Part shown: in pieces, positions 25,330-35,456 of the stretch
Numbering within the stretch: position 1 is the first letter of the stretch
Layout: each line of letters begins with the position of its first letter
IMG/VR virus record: IMGVR_UViG_3300036546_000226
Location: 1 to 43,870 of that record
Direction: 5' to 3' (one strand)
Length of the DNA stretch: 43,870 nucleotides
Source: a virus
Lineage: Duplodnaviria; Caudoviricetes
Notes under the pieces: model-generated
The model's database searches: none
The model's input: only the letters and a program-made list of their open reading frames with translations
What the model was told of the DNA's origin: nothing
Position numbers and translations under genes: made by a program

Positions 25330-25713
25330 CTAAATGGCTTGGGTTGCAGCATGCCGAGCCCCCATTGTATTCCGTTTAGCCTTTTTGAGCCATCCGCCGG
25401 CTTGCCGGCCTATGCCGCCAATTATGTCTAGCGCATCCGCCAGCGCTTCGGTATTTATCAGCCTCAAATCGAACGCCAGGTGGAACGAAAGCTCCAAGGC
25501 TTGCAGGCGCTCAAGCAATCGCTCGAGATCGCCCACTTTTTCCTTACTGGAGCTGGCCTTGTAGACGTCGAGAACTAGCAGCACGGCGTCATCCTGGATA
25601 CGGCGCCCGAGGGTCGGGCGGAGATCTCGCGAGAATCCACGCGTCTCTTTCATGGCCAGCATCACCAAGGCGTACCCTGCCCGATATATCGGCAACTGCT
25701 TAACTTTGCTCAA
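25330..25713 (-). CDS. avd: DGR accessory variability determinant (four-helix bundle)
   Basis: LPIYR..FSRDLRPTLGRRI..IGRQAGGWLK; lies between target and TR. Confidence 0.88.
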   Translation of the reverse strand: MSKVKQLPIYRAGYALVMLAMKETRGFSRDLRPTLGRRIQDDAVLLVLDVYKASSSKEKVGDLERLLERLQALELSFHLAFDLRLINTEALADALDIIGGIGRQAGGWLKKAKRNTMGARHAATQAI

Positions 25714-25732
25714 ATCTCATCCTCAAAAAACA

Positions 25733-25750
25733 CAGCCCGCCAGCGGGCTG
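25733..25750 (-). promoter_or_regulatory. DGR target-recognition hairpin downstream of VR/IMH
   Basis: CAGCCCGC-TG-GCGGGCTG 6 nt after the target stop codon, followed by TGTTTTTT. Confidence 0.75.
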
Positions 25751-25756
25751 AAATGC

Positions 25757-26491
25757 TTAAGGGTTAAAGGCTAATCTGCGGACGGGGCGCACCCGTGTGG
25801 TCGTGAAGTTCTTGTAGTAGCCGCTCTCGTTGCCATCGCTGAACCTCCGGGTCCACGCGAGGGTGGCCGAGTTCTGCGTCGAGCACCAATAGTAATTCGA
25901 CGCATGGAAGGCCTGTGCGCCACCGCTTTCAAAACCTGCCGGAGGTGTTTTATTGTGCCCCAGGTTTTCATAGATCACCTGCAGCTCGGATCGGGCGGGC
26001 ATGTACCAGTCATCAAAGCCGCCACCGCGATAATCCAGACAGTGGTTGACAGCCTCAAATCGCGCATCGCCTGCCATGGACAGGGTGTTGCTTGGGCCGT
26101 CGGTATTGCTGACAGCTTGGGGCCAGTCGCCTCTCGGGTCCATCCATTTCAGGCCGTAAACATCCGCCTCAATGTCCGCCACAATCAGCTTGTACCACTG
26201 GCCGCCGTCCTCAATATCGCCCGCATAAAACCCACCACCGAACGCCTCACCGATCACGGTGGGCAGGCTAGCGCTGCCGGTTTCGATGAAATAGGGACCG
26301 TGGGTGATGGGCTGATGCCCCTCGGCTATGTAGGTGACGCCATAATCGCCGGTCGTCTCGATAGTGGCTGTCCAGTCGCCGCTTTCATCCGGCGTGGCGA
26401 TGGCCGCCAGGGCTCCGGTGGGCCACTCGAAAACCCTCACGGCGTCAATCGGTCCGCCAGATGCGACGGTTGCATTTCCTGCTATCTGCAT
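25757..26491 (-). CDS. DGR target protein with C-terminal C-type-lectin-fold (DUF1566-like) domain; probable receptor-binding protein
   Basis: GGFYAG, DDWYMPARSEL, YYWCSTQ, RVRPVRR motifs; VR at the 3' end; within tail module. Confidence 0.88.
   Translation of the reverse strand: MQIAGNATVASGGPIDAVRVFEWPTGALAAIATPDESGDWTATIETTGDYGVTYIAEGHQPITHGPYFIETGSASLPTVIGEAFGGGFYAGDIEDGGQWYKLIVADIEADVYGLKWMDPRGDWPQAVSNTDGPSNTLSMAGDARFEAVNHCLDYRGGGFDDWYMPARSELQVIYENLGHNKTPPAGFESGGAQAFHASNYYWCSTQNSATLAWTRRFSDGNESGYYKNFTTTRVRPVRRLAFNP
25774..25879 (-). repeat. DGR variable repeat (VR), 106 bp
   Basis: Differs from TR at 12 sites, 11 opposite TR adenines. Confidence 0.95.
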
Positions 26492-26492
26492 G

Positions 26493-26963
26493 TCACCCCC
26501 TGAATGTTGCGCTGGTGATGTAAGCGGTGGCGCCGTTGTACAAGCGCGCTACCGGGCTGCCGTTTTCTTCGCCGGTTTGTGGCATCTCGAGTTCTCCGCC
26601 GCCGCCTTCCACGGTTACGCTGCAGTCTGCCCACCATCCGCCCGCAGGATCGGCAACGCGGGCCCATGTGGGTACGGTGCCGACGGCTTCATCTGCCCCG
26701 GTAATCTGGCTCGAGATCGGGGTGGCCAGGTAGAGCTCGATCAGCTCGTCGTTTATCGTGCCGGCCGTGGGCACCAGGTTTAGCGTTACGATGGGGGGCG
26801 TCTCCGGAGCCTCGCCGGGCTGGGGGCGGGCGCCGCCGTATATCGCCAGCGTGGCCGGCGGGCCCTCTGGATCGCTTTGCTGCAGTCGGGCCAGGCTGGC
26901 GTACAGCGCAGGGAGCCTTGATGCTTCTACGCGATCCGCTTCGTGTTCGGGTGATATGTCCAT
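26493..26963 (-). CDS. Tail-tip associated protein
   Basis: In tail operon; IYGGARP..GTVPTWARV..DCSV motif. Confidence 0.55.
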   Translation of the reverse strand: MDISPEHEADRVEASRLPALYASLARLQQSDPEGPPATLAIYGGARPQPGEAPETPPIVTLNLVPTAGTINDELIELYLATPISSQITGADEAVGTVPTWARVADPAGGWWADCSVTVEGGGGELEMPQTGEENGSPVARLYNGATAYITSATFRG

Positions 26964-26972
26964 GCTGCCTCC

Positions 26973-29900
26973 TTACGGCCTGTCGATGTTGCCCAGGGCG
27001 TAGATTTCACAACCGTCTGCGCCGTCGTCCAGCGGCTCGTCGCTTTGCTGGATAGCGCGGGCAATCCAGAAATCAGCGATGGCGCCCACGGTGTTGATGC
27101 GCACGACGTTGCCATTGCTCCAGCCACCGCCGTTGGCCGCCGCCGGGATGGTCATGTACGGGACGCCGCCTTGCCCGTCCTCGCCCCGGGTGCGGGGGTT
27201 GATGGGGGCCACGTCGTCTCCGCCTTGGGAGTAAACGCCACTCCACACAAGCCCACGGCGCTCGCTTATCAGCTCCCAGCTGTTGCTGCTGGCGTTGGTG
27301 CAGCGGAAAATCCAGCGGTCCGTGTCGCAGCCCTCGTTGGTAACGGTGATCGGGTGGTCGATCAGGTTGAGGGTGGCGGTGGCTTCATCGCCCTGGATGC
27401 TATCGCTCCAGGTGCCATTCCAGCTCGTTTGGTCCCAGGTGGCGGATACCCGCGCGCGCCGGTCGCCGTGGATCAGGCAGCTGGCCACGATGGATTCCCC
27501 CGCCGGGTAGTCGTGGGTTAGCTCTCGGCTCAGGGTCAGGTCCCCGGTGATCTGTGCGTCGGTCACCAGGCGCAGGTCACCGACGGTGTGGCGCACGGTG
27601 ACGGGCATGGCGATGCCGGTTACGTCGTCAAAGGTCACGATTCCGGTGGCGCGGTCCAGGCTGTAGCCCTCGGTCACCTGCTCCCCGTTGGCGTCCATTA
27701 CCCGTACCCAGGCCACGCGGGGGCGGGTGGCGATGGTGCCGCCGGTGGTCACGGTTTCCGGGGCGGTTTCCTGGGGGTGCATCACCATCACGATATTTCC
27801 GGGCCGGAATATGGGCACTCGGCCATCGGCCGGCAGGCGCACGGCGTCTATGCCTACGATGTCGGCATCCAGCGGCAGGTAGGTAAAGGCAACCGCGTTA
27901 TAACGCAGGGTGCTGGTTATCATGGGCTTGGGCTTGTAGATCTCGCCGTTTTCGACGTTGGCGGGGTAGTACCAGTCTTCCTCTTTTTCTTCCGGCGTCA
28001 GGCTTGCGTCGTCTACCCATTTCCCGAAGGTCACGGCGGCGGTGCCAAAGGTGTAGTTGACGGTTCCCTGCAGCCACTCGTGGTTGAACTCGCCGTTTTG
28101 GTCCGCCAGCGCGATGATCTGTTCGCCGTCTTCTGCGGTGCCGATGATCTGCAGGCTTTCGGGCTTGAGCGGGGCGCTGGGGGTTCTGAAAAAGCCTTCC
28201 CTTGCGGTCCATTCGCCATACACGGTCAGGGAGCTGGTGATATCAAACCCGGTGGGCTGGCCGTCTTCCCAGAATGTGACTTCTGCGGTGCCGGCTTCGT
28301 AGTCTATGGAGCCGGCCACCAGGCCGCTGCCGGTCTGGGGGTCTATGTCGGTCAGCAGGTTGCCGCTGCGGTCGTCGTAGGTTTTGCCGCCCAGGGTGAA
28401 GCGCACGGAGTCGGGCACGATGGCGTCGGCGGTGTTTGGTACCAGGTCCAGGGTCAGCGCCGTGATGGCGCTGGTTTCGGTGGTGGTGTTGGCGGTGGTG
28501 GCGATGGCCTCCGGGATATAGGTGGCTTTCACGTCCTGCGTCAGGTTAACCAACACGCTTGCGCTTGTGGTTGCCCACCCGGCCAGCCCCCATCTCCGGT
28601 ACTGAAGATGCAGGGCGCTTTGATCGATTGTTATGGTGTCATCGACAACGGTGCCGATGATGGTCTCGCTTACGACTCTGTAGCTGCTGTATTTCCCTGT
28701 TAATGCCTGGGGGGGCAGCAGCAGGTCCCCGGCTCGGTTTACAGCCGTCAAGTCCCCCATTTCAGTCCCTGCTCTGTTTGTTATTCCGAAGGTCAGCCGC
28801 AGGCTCTGGTCCTTGATGCCCTCGCTGGTGGTAATCGGGCTGGCCGCCGGCAGGCTTTCGGTTTTGCTTGCGGTCTTGCTCGGGTCGGTGGCCTCCAGCC
28901 ACTGGTAGGCGATGGCAAGGTCGGCGCCCCGGTCTGGCAGGGTGGTGACTTCGATCTGGCCTTCTCCGGTCACGGGGTCGATGCGGCCGGTGGCGTCTCC
29001 GGTGATGGTTCCTGCTGCATCGCTGGTGGCGGTTTTGGTAGCGCCGCCGGTGGTCCAGGTGAGTGTGACCGAATCCGCCTGTACCGGGGTGTTTTCTACG
29101 GCAAACGACACGATAGCTTCATCGGCGTTCAGAGCTTCGGTGCCGCTTCGCACCTCGTAGTGTACCCGTGAGCCGTAGGTGTGGATGATCTGGCTTCCAG
29201 TGTCCGGCAGGGCGCCGGCGGTCAGGGTGACGTTGCCGGTCACGTAGTCGATGGTGCCGGTACCGTGGCCGGGGTCTGAGCCGGCGATGGCGCCCTCGCC
29301 GTCATCGGTCAGGGTGTACCAGTTGCCCTGAACCATGTAGGTGACCGTGTAAGCCCCGGGGGCCGGCACCGGGGCCAGTGTCTCGATCCAGTTGAGCCGG
29401 CGGTTTTCAGCGGTCACTTGTCGGGCTAGGGTGTGGGCCTGTTGCGGCACGTCCACGGTGCGGGCTCCGGCCTCGATGCTCTGCACCAGCTCGGGGTTGA
29501 GCATCTGGTTGGCCAGCGGCTCCTCGCTTTGGGCGGCCGGGACCAGCTGGGTAAACATGCTGGCCGCTTTCAGTTGCCGGTCACCGATACTCGCGGCAGC
29601 GGTTAGATACTGCGCGCCGTAGTAGCGGGTGGCGTCTGCGACGGTGGTATCACGCAGGCGGGCCTTGCCGGTGCTGTAGTCGTAGCTGAAGGCGCGGTTC
29701 GGGGTGTGGCCTTCGAAGTCGTGGCGCAAGGCGTCGGACAGGTCGGCGGTGACGATCAGGGCCGGGAAGTCTTGCCCTGCGTCAGCGTCATAAAACATCT
29801 GGATTTCGGCGCTGACTTCCGTCACCCGCACATACTGATCTGTCTCGTTGCTGAGCCCTTCGTTGCTGACGAGGCACAGGGTTTTGCCGCGCGGCGGAAC

Positions 29901-30323
29901 GGCGGTATCAGGGCGCTGAATAATGCGGATTTGCCGCATGCCTTCGATGTGGTTTTCGTACAGCCCACCGGCCCACATGGGGCCTTTGAACAGATAAGCC
30001 TCCACACGGTTCGCGGCCTGATCCCGGGTGTCGAACGGGTCATCAGTGGTGAATAGGGTATAGCCGATGGCCGGGTCTTCCGGCAGGGCGGTGACCACGG
30101 TCTTGGCGCCGCCGAACAGGTCGGTGCTTAGGGTCCGCACGGCCAGAAATAGCTTGCGCAGGTTGAATCGGCCCATGGCCCTGTCGAGGTCTGAAATGTC
30201 CTCGAATACGTTGTTCATCACCCCGTCGGGGATTTCATTGCCGGTGGCAGCGCCGCCGCCCTCGGGTACGTCGTCCATGACCTGGCTGGCCAGGAATTTG
30301 ATGTTCTGTTCTTGAATCGGCAT
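26973..30323 (-). CDS. Large tail-tip / baseplate protein (1116 aa)
   Basis: Position after TMP and Dit-like gene; repeated GTIDYxTG beta motifs. Confidence 0.65.
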   Translation of the reverse strand: MPIQEQNIKFLASQVMDDVPEGGGAATGNEIPDGVMNNVFEDISDLDRAMGRFNLRKLFLAVRTLSTDLFGGAKTVVTALPEDPAIGYTLFTTDDPFDTRDQAANRVEAYLFKGPMWAGGLYENHIEGMRQIRIIQRPDTAVPPRGKTLCLVSNEGLSNETDQYVRVTEVSAEIQMFYDADAGQDFPALIVTADLSDALRHDFEGHTPNRAFSYDYSTGKARLRDTTVADATRYYGAQYLTAAASIGDRQLKAASMFTQLVPAAQSEEPLANQMLNPELVQSIEAGARTVDVPQQAHTLARQVTAENRRLNWIETLAPVPAPGAYTVTYMVQGNWYTLTDDGEGAIAGSDPGHGTGTIDYVTGNVTLTAGALPDTGSQIIHTYGSRVHYEVRSGTEALNADEAIVSFAVENTPVQADSVTLTWTTGGATKTATSDAAGTITGDATGRIDPVTGEGQIEVTTLPDRGADLAIAYQWLEATDPSKTASKTESLPAASPITTSEGIKDQSLRLTFGITNRAGTEMGDLTAVNRAGDLLLPPQALTGKYSSYRVVSETIIGTVVDDTITIDQSALHLQYRRWGLAGWATTSASVLVNLTQDVKATYIPEAIATTANTTTETSAITALTLDLVPNTADAIVPDSVRFTLGGKTYDDRSGNLLTDIDPQTGSGLVAGSIDYEAGTAEVTFWEDGQPTGFDITSSLTVYGEWTAREGFFRTPSAPLKPESLQIIGTAEDGEQIIALADQNGEFNHEWLQGTVNYTFGTAAVTFGKWVDDASLTPEEKEEDWYYPANVENGEIYKPKPMITSTLRYNAVAFTYLPLDADIVGIDAVRLPADGRVPIFRPGNIVMVMHPQETAPETVTTGGTIATRPRVAWVRVMDANGEQVTEGYSLDRATGIVTFDDVTGIAMPVTVRHTVGDLRLVTDAQITGDLTLSRELTHDYPAGESIVASCLIHGDRRARVSATWDQTSWNGTWSDSIQGDEATATLNLIDHPITVTNEGCDTDRWIFRCTNASSNSWELISERRGLVWSGVYSQGGDDVAPINPRTRGEDGQGGVPYMTIPAAANGGGWSNGNVVRINTVGAIADFWIARAIQQSDEPLDDGADGCEIYALGNIDRP

Positions 30324-30326
30324 GGA

Positions 30327-30722
30327 TTACGGCTCCACGGTGATGAATCGGAATGTGGGAATTACCCGGTGGTCTGGGCCGGGGTTGATCTGGAATCGCA
30401 GCGGGGTGCTTTCGTAGCCCAGGCCATCGTGATGGCGGAACTGAACGGTGTGGATGTCGCCATGGAAATCCAGCGTGAGCTTCTGGCCGGGCTCGTTGTG
30501 CCAGGCGATGATCTGGGGCTCTTTCGTTGCCAGCATCCAGCCGCCCCGGTCCGGAGCTTGCAGGGTGATCGGCTGGCCCAGTTGGGCAGCGGCAATCTGG
30601 ATAATGGCTTTGCCGGTTACGCTGCGGGTAAAGCTTTGGGCAACCGGAGACCAGTAGCGGTCGGTCCAGTCCAAGTCTTCTGGCAGCTCTACGGTGTTCG
30701 TGCCATCGGATAAGGTGATCAC
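30327..30722 (-). CDS. Distal-tail (Dit)-like protein
   Basis: Immediately after the TMP; LPEDLDWTDRYWSPVAQS..GQPITL. Confidence 0.55.
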   Translation of the reverse strand: MITLSDGTNTVELPEDLDWTDRYWSPVAQSFTRSVTGKAIIQIAAAQLGQPITLQAPDRGGWMLATKEPQIIAWHNEPGQKLTLDFHGDIHTVQFRHHDGLGYESTPLRFQINPGPDHRVIPTFRFITVEP

Positions 30723-33700
30723 AGTGCGGTACTCCGTGCGTTTTCGAGGGCCCGCAGAAGGGCATCTTGATCATCGGCCAGCACGCGGAAGCTTTGGCCG
30801 CCCAAATTGACGTTGACGGTCTTAACCGTTTCGGTGCGGGCCTGAGTGGTGCGCTGGGTAGATTGGCTAAGTTCCCGCTCCGCCCGCTGGCGCTCAATCT
30901 CGGCCAGCTGCTGCTCGCGGGCGCGGTCTGCCGCCTCTTTTTCGCGGGCGTTCTGTTCTTCCCGGCGGTTCTTCTGCTCGATCTGGTAGATCTGTTCGAG
31001 GGTGTCCAGCGATTGCTGGTAGTCGGCAGCGGCTTCATCGGCGCCGGCCTGTTGGGCAAGCTTGAGCTGTTCCTGCAGGCGCTGGCGTTCGGTTTCGTAC
31101 TGGATGCGCTGGGCTTCTTCGGTGTCGCCTCGGATATCCGCGAGGCGCTGGCGCAGGCTGCTTAGGGTGCTGTCTGCAGTTGCGGTTAGGGATTCCAGCT
31201 TTTGTTTGGCGGCATCTATTGAGGCCTGTAGGTTATCCAGTCGGGCATCGTCCAGTAGGCTGAACCTCTGGGAGGTCTGGTCCTGGATTCGGTTCAATTC
31301 CTCCATGCTGTAGGCGCCGGAGTCGATGCTTTCCTTTAGCCGGTCCAGCGCAACCGCTTGCCCCCAAAATGCCTGCTGGGCCAGGAGCGATTTTTCGGCC
31401 ACCTCAATGGCCCATCGTGTCAGCCCGGAGCCGGTAACGGTCCAGCTCGCTGTGCGGGCCTCCATCATGCGTTTTGTTATCTGCCCCAGCTCTTGCTCGA
31501 CTCGCTTAAGGGCTTCCGTTGCAGTTTCTGACTCGGCCGCGATGGCGTTGCCACCCATGCTTTTTTCAAACAGGTTTCGGGTTGCCAGGGAAAGGTCTGA
31601 TACCGCCGTTCGCGCCTTTGAAAGAACCGCAGCGAACCAACCACCGAAGCTGCCGTTGTATTTTTCTTTAGCTTTATCTGCAGATTCGCCTGCCTCGTCG
31701 GTGGCTTCTTTCAGCTCCTTAATAGGCTGCGCCACACCTCCGCCACTGCTTTCGACGCTCTGGATTTCGATTAGGCGCTGCTTGACCTGATCCAGCTGGT
31801 CACTGACGTCCTCGCCCACGGATGCGGCGGTTAGTAGGTTGATTTCAAGCTGCTTAAGGGAGTCTTTGTCGTTGGCCTTCGCCAGTGCTTCCTCGAATGA
31901 GGATCCGATCTTGTTGCCGGTTTCCTCGCCGATTACGCCCAAACCCTTCAGCACCTCACCAAGCCCAAGGGATGCAGCTTCAGCTTCCAACGCCTTGGCT
32001 TTTGCCTCATCGCCGGTCGCGATTACAGCCTGGGCATATGCCTGGAAGGCTTCTGATATCTCCCTCTGGGTCGCTTCTCCGCTGCTCTGGATGGCCAAGA
32101 ATGCATCCTCAGCCTTGTCAGCCGCACTTTCCAGCTCCTGCTGAGTCGTAACCCCCAGATCCTTGTATGCCTTTTCTAGTCGTTGCGCCTTCTCTGCGGC
32201 TGACTCAATCTCATCTCCCGCTTCCTCTGCCTTTTCTCCGAGGCCCAGCAACTCATCCCCAGTCTTTCGGGTCTGATCCTCTACGTCCTTGAGTTTCTTC
32301 TCGGCAGGCTCAAATGCAGTAATAACACCCTTGCCGGCTTCCCATGCCTTCTTTCCGTATTCGACAGTCTGCCGGCCCAGATCAATCGTAGTCGCCCGGG
32401 CTGCCTCTGCCTTGGCTCTGATGTTGCTGTAGGCCTCATCACTAACCACGCCGATCTTGTTCAGTACAAAGGTCAGCCCCTGGGCAGCACTCATCAGGTT
32501 TGCAAAACCAGCCGAGACTATGGTCAGGAAACCCGCGACAACCGCCTGGATGCCACGAAATGCAGCAACTACACCGCTGGCCCCTGCCTTAACGGTGCTC
32601 CAAACTGTATCGAAACCAGCAGAGATTGCGTCTGTGTTTGACAGCAGGCTGGTGGCTAGATCTTCGCCCCACTGGATCAGCCCCTTGAACATGTCCACCA
32701 GCTTCTGGCCAGCTTCGGACTGATCAAACAGCTCCATAACCCGGCGAGTGGCGTCCCCAACCACCGGCGCCAGTTCGGCACCGATGCGGCGGGTCAGGCC
32801 CTGAATCTTGGTGTTGATCTCGTTGTAGACATCGTTCGCACGGTTGAGCTTGTCCAGCTCTTCCTCGGAATAGATCGCGCCGGCCTGGGACGCTTCCTCG
32901 GCAATGGCACGCAACCCCGCGGCGTTGTCCTCCAGCAGCGGCATCAGCTTTTCGGCGTCTGAACCAAGGGTGCGCAGCACCGCGACCTGCTCACCCTTTG
33001 GCAAGGTCTCAATGGCGCCCGCCAGTTTGATCAGCTGCTGATCTGGGGCCAGCTGCTCAAACTCTTTGATGTCCATGTTCAGGGCATCGAATACCTGAGC
33101 CGCACGGCCAGAACCAGTTGCAGATAACCGGCCCAGGCGTTCAGTGATGCTTGTGAGGGTTTTGGCTACACCGTCACCGGAGACGCCCACCCGTTCAGCA
33201 GCGATCTGCCAAACCTGCAGGGCTTCGCGGTTCACGCCGATAGCGTTTGAGGTGTTTGTCAGGTTATCTGCAACAGCCGCCTGGCTCTTCGAAAAAATTG
33301 TCAGCGTGGCAACAGATGCGCCCACTCCGGCGATCAGGCCAGCCGCTGCCGTGGCGACAACCTTGATACCGCTGCCCAGCTTGCTCAGCAGACCGGTGGA
33401 TTTCTCCGCCTCTTCCCCAAGCTCTTTGGTACCTTTGGCGGCTTTCTCCGCCCCGTCGCCAGCGCCCTCGGCGGAGTCCTTTACCTCACGGAGTTCGTCC
33501 GCCATTTCGGAGGCCTGGGAGTTAACGCCCTCGATCTCTTTATTGATCCGGACCTGCTCGCCGGCGAGATCTTTGGTGCTGATGCCAGCTTCATCCAGGG
33601 CGCCGCGCAACTCATTTAACTGACGGTTATTTGAGATCCAGGCTTCGTCCGCGCCTTGGGCGGCCTTCTTCGCGCGCTCGAATTCTTGGACTTGCGCCCG

Positions 33701-34042
33701 GGTGGGTGCTTCGGTTTGTGCAAGCGCTTTGCCGAGTTCGGTGGCTCGGGCTTTCGCGGCCTGCTGCTGCTCGGCCAGCTCTTTGGTTTCGCGCTTGAGT
33801 TCTGCAAATTGAGTGACGAGCCCCTGCTGCTCCCGGAGCTCGGTCAGGCGGCCCGCCAGCGCCTGCATTTCTTCTGAGGTTTTCCCCAGGCCTTCGCGCA
33901 GGGCGGCGGAGTTGTCGGGTAGCTCCACACGACCGGATTTTTCCAGCTCTTGCAGATCGCTGATCAGGCCCTCTACGTTCTTGAGCCCATCGACGGCTGC
34001 AGAAATCAGCAGGTTGACGCGTTCGTCATTTCCTCCGGCCAT
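30719..34042 (-). CDS. Tail tape measure protein
   Basis: 1107 aa, Ala/Glu-rich helical, hydrophobic central segments, follows the tail tube gene. Confidence 0.9.
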   Translation of the reverse strand: MAGGNDERVNLLISAAVDGLKNVEGLISDLQELEKSGRVELPDNSAALREGLGKTSEEMQALAGRLTELREQQGLVTQFAELKRETKELAEQQQAAKARATELGKALAQTEAPTRAQVQEFERAKKAAQGADEAWISNNRQLNELRGALDEAGISTKDLAGEQVRINKEIEGVNSQASEMADELREVKDSAEGAGDGAEKAAKGTKELGEEAEKSTGLLSKLGSGIKVVATAAAGLIAGVGASVATLTIFSKSQAAVADNLTNTSNAIGVNREALQVWQIAAERVGVSGDGVAKTLTSITERLGRLSATGSGRAAQVFDALNMDIKEFEQLAPDQQLIKLAGAIETLPKGEQVAVLRTLGSDAEKLMPLLEDNAAGLRAIAEEASQAGAIYSEEELDKLNRANDVYNEINTKIQGLTRRIGAELAPVVGDATRRVMELFDQSEAGQKLVDMFKGLIQWGEDLATSLLSNTDAISAGFDTVWSTVKAGASGVVAAFRGIQAVVAGFLTIVSAGFANLMSAAQGLTFVLNKIGVVSDEAYSNIRAKAEAARATTIDLGRQTVEYGKKAWEAGKGVITAFEPAEKKLKDVEDQTRKTGDELLGLGEKAEEAGDEIESAAEKAQRLEKAYKDLGVTTQQELESAADKAEDAFLAIQSSGEATQREISEAFQAYAQAVIATGDEAKAKALEAEAASLGLGEVLKGLGVIGEETGNKIGSSFEEALAKANDKDSLKQLEINLLTAASVGEDVSDQLDQVKQRLIEIQSVESSGGGVAQPIKELKEATDEAGESADKAKEKYNGSFGGWFAAVLSKARTAVSDLSLATRNLFEKSMGGNAIAAESETATEALKRVEQELGQITKRMMEARTASWTVTGSGLTRWAIEVAEKSLLAQQAFWGQAVALDRLKESIDSGAYSMEELNRIQDQTSQRFSLLDDARLDNLQASIDAAKQKLESLTATADSTLSSLRQRLADIRGDTEEAQRIQYETERQRLQEQLKLAQQAGADEAAADYQQSLDTLEQIYQIEQKNRREEQNAREKEAADRAREQQLAEIERQRAERELSQSTQRTTQARTETVKTVNVNLGGQSFRVLADDQDALLRALENARSTAL

Positions 34043-34063
34043 GTGGTTTCATTGCCTCCCAGC

Positions 34064-34996
34064 TTAGATCATCGCCATTTCGACGAATTTGCTCAGGCCT
34101 TCGCCGGTGCGGGCGTCGTCAGACAGCACGGTGCCGGAGAGCGTAAGCTCGGCGAAGTCATCACCGCCGTGGCGCTGGAAGCCGGAAGTCGGCGACAGCT
34201 TCACACGGAAGTAAGTGGCGTGCAGCGGGTTACCGCTATCTACGGAGTTCAGGCCTTCCCAGCGCAATTCGAACACCTGCTGAGATGCTGCCAGCGCCTG
34301 GATCAGGTACTGCGGGTTACGCTCGTAGGTGGCCTTGAGCGGCACCATGGTTTCATCGTCTGGGTAGGCGATATTCACCGGGGTGTCTTTAACACGGATG
34401 CCGTGCGGGGTGCGGTCGTAGTCATCACCAGCAACGAGAGCGGCTTTGCCGATGTGCTGCCAAACAACGGTGCCATCGGTGACCGTGCCGTTTGCGGTCG
34501 GCCATGTTGGTTCGGTTGCACCCGTTTCGCCGCCAGTTGTGGCCAGATAGGCCTCGGTGGTGTCAACCAGCACAGCGCCTGCTGCAACCGCGGTTGTAGC
34601 TGTCCATGTGGTGTCGTCGGCCACGGTGATGCTGACAGCCTGATCCGGGTCCGGCAGGTAGCGGAAGCCGATACGGGTGCCAGACCAGGACTCGACAATC
34701 TCATCAGAGATGGACTGCGCGCCGATCTGCTCGATGTTTGCCAGGAAGCCCGCCGCGATGTTGCGCGGAGTGATGTCGTTACAGGTGGCTTCGAAGGTAA
34801 AGGACGTTACGTTTTCATCAACGTCCAGCTCTCCACCAGCTGCAGTGGTGTAGTTCTGTCGGGACTGACGATCTACTTCGATCGATTCGGTGAAGCCGGT
34901 GACGTTCCCCAGCTCAAATGGACGGCCCCCGCCAATCGGCTTGAGGATGAAGCGGCCGCGGCCTTTGTAACCGCGCGTGGTTGATTGCAAGGACAT
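34064..34996 (-). CDS. Major tail tube protein with inserted accessory domain
   Basis: YKGRG..LGNV..DDFAELTLSG; insert WTATTAVAAG..TEPTWP..VTDGTVVW. Confidence 0.75.
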   Translation of the reverse strand: MSLQSTTRGYKGRGRFILKPIGGGRPFELGNVTGFTESIEVDRQSRQNYTTAAGGELDVDENVTSFTFEATCNDITPRNIAAGFLANIEQIGAQSISDEIVESWSGTRIGFRYLPDPDQAVSITVADDTTWTATTAVAAGAVLVDTTEAYLATTGGETGATEPTWPTANGTVTDGTVVWQHIGKAALVAGDDYDRTPHGIRVKDTPVNIAYPDDETMVPLKATYERNPQYLIQALAASQQVFELRWEGLNSVDSGNPLHATYFRVKLSPTSGFQRHGGDDFAELTLSGTVLSDDARTGEGLSKFVEMAMI

Positions 34997-35000
34997 GGCA

Positions 35001-35456
35001 TTACCCCTCGGTTTTGGTCAGCGGGTAGCTGATGGTGATGGTGTGCGTGACACCAGCGGTGTTTGATCCTGATTCCGGGTGGATGTAGTCGCCCCCGGAA
35101 ATTGTGACTTCGGTTGAGCCGGGCAGCGCATCGATGCCCAGCAGTGTTGCCAGGGCGAGAGTGATGTCCTCGTCCAGGCTGTCGAGTTCGGGCTCGTAGT
35201 CGCGGGCATCTGCGTCTACCAGGCCAGTTACCAGTACCTCCCGGGACTTGATCACTGTGCGTGGCTTGGCCCGGGTTGGTGTGTTGGACGACGTGCTCAC
35301 GGAGATCATGGGCAAGTCGGATTTCTCAATCTTCAACGACTCCGGGCGGCCCCGGGTGACGCTGGCGCCCGCGTTGGTTTGGTAGCCGCCAGCAATAGTG
35401 ATTGTTTGGAGCTCGCTGATGATGCGATCCACCAGCTCTGTGCCGCGCGCTGCCAT
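35001..35456 (-). CDS. Tail terminator / completion protein
   Basis: Position before tube gene; LQTITIAGGYQTNAG. Confidence 0.6.
   Translation of the reverse strand: MAARGTELVDRIISELQTITIAGGYQTNAGASVTRGRPESLKIEKSDLPMISVSTSSNTPTRAKPRTVIKSREVLVTGLVDADARDYEPELDSLDEDITLALATLLGIDALPGSTEVTISGGDYIHPESGSNTAGVTHTITISYPLTKTEG

Noticed and set aside
27588-28703. Long plus-strand ORFs opposite structural or replication genes (also 2957-3925, 33950-34984, 39827-40732)
   Set aside because: Antisense shadows of GC-rich coding sequence, with no motifs or ribosome-binding sites.
21843-30323. Second DGR variable repeat in other tail genes
   Set aside because: No further copy of the TR core was seen by eye; a BLASTn-short self-search would settle it.
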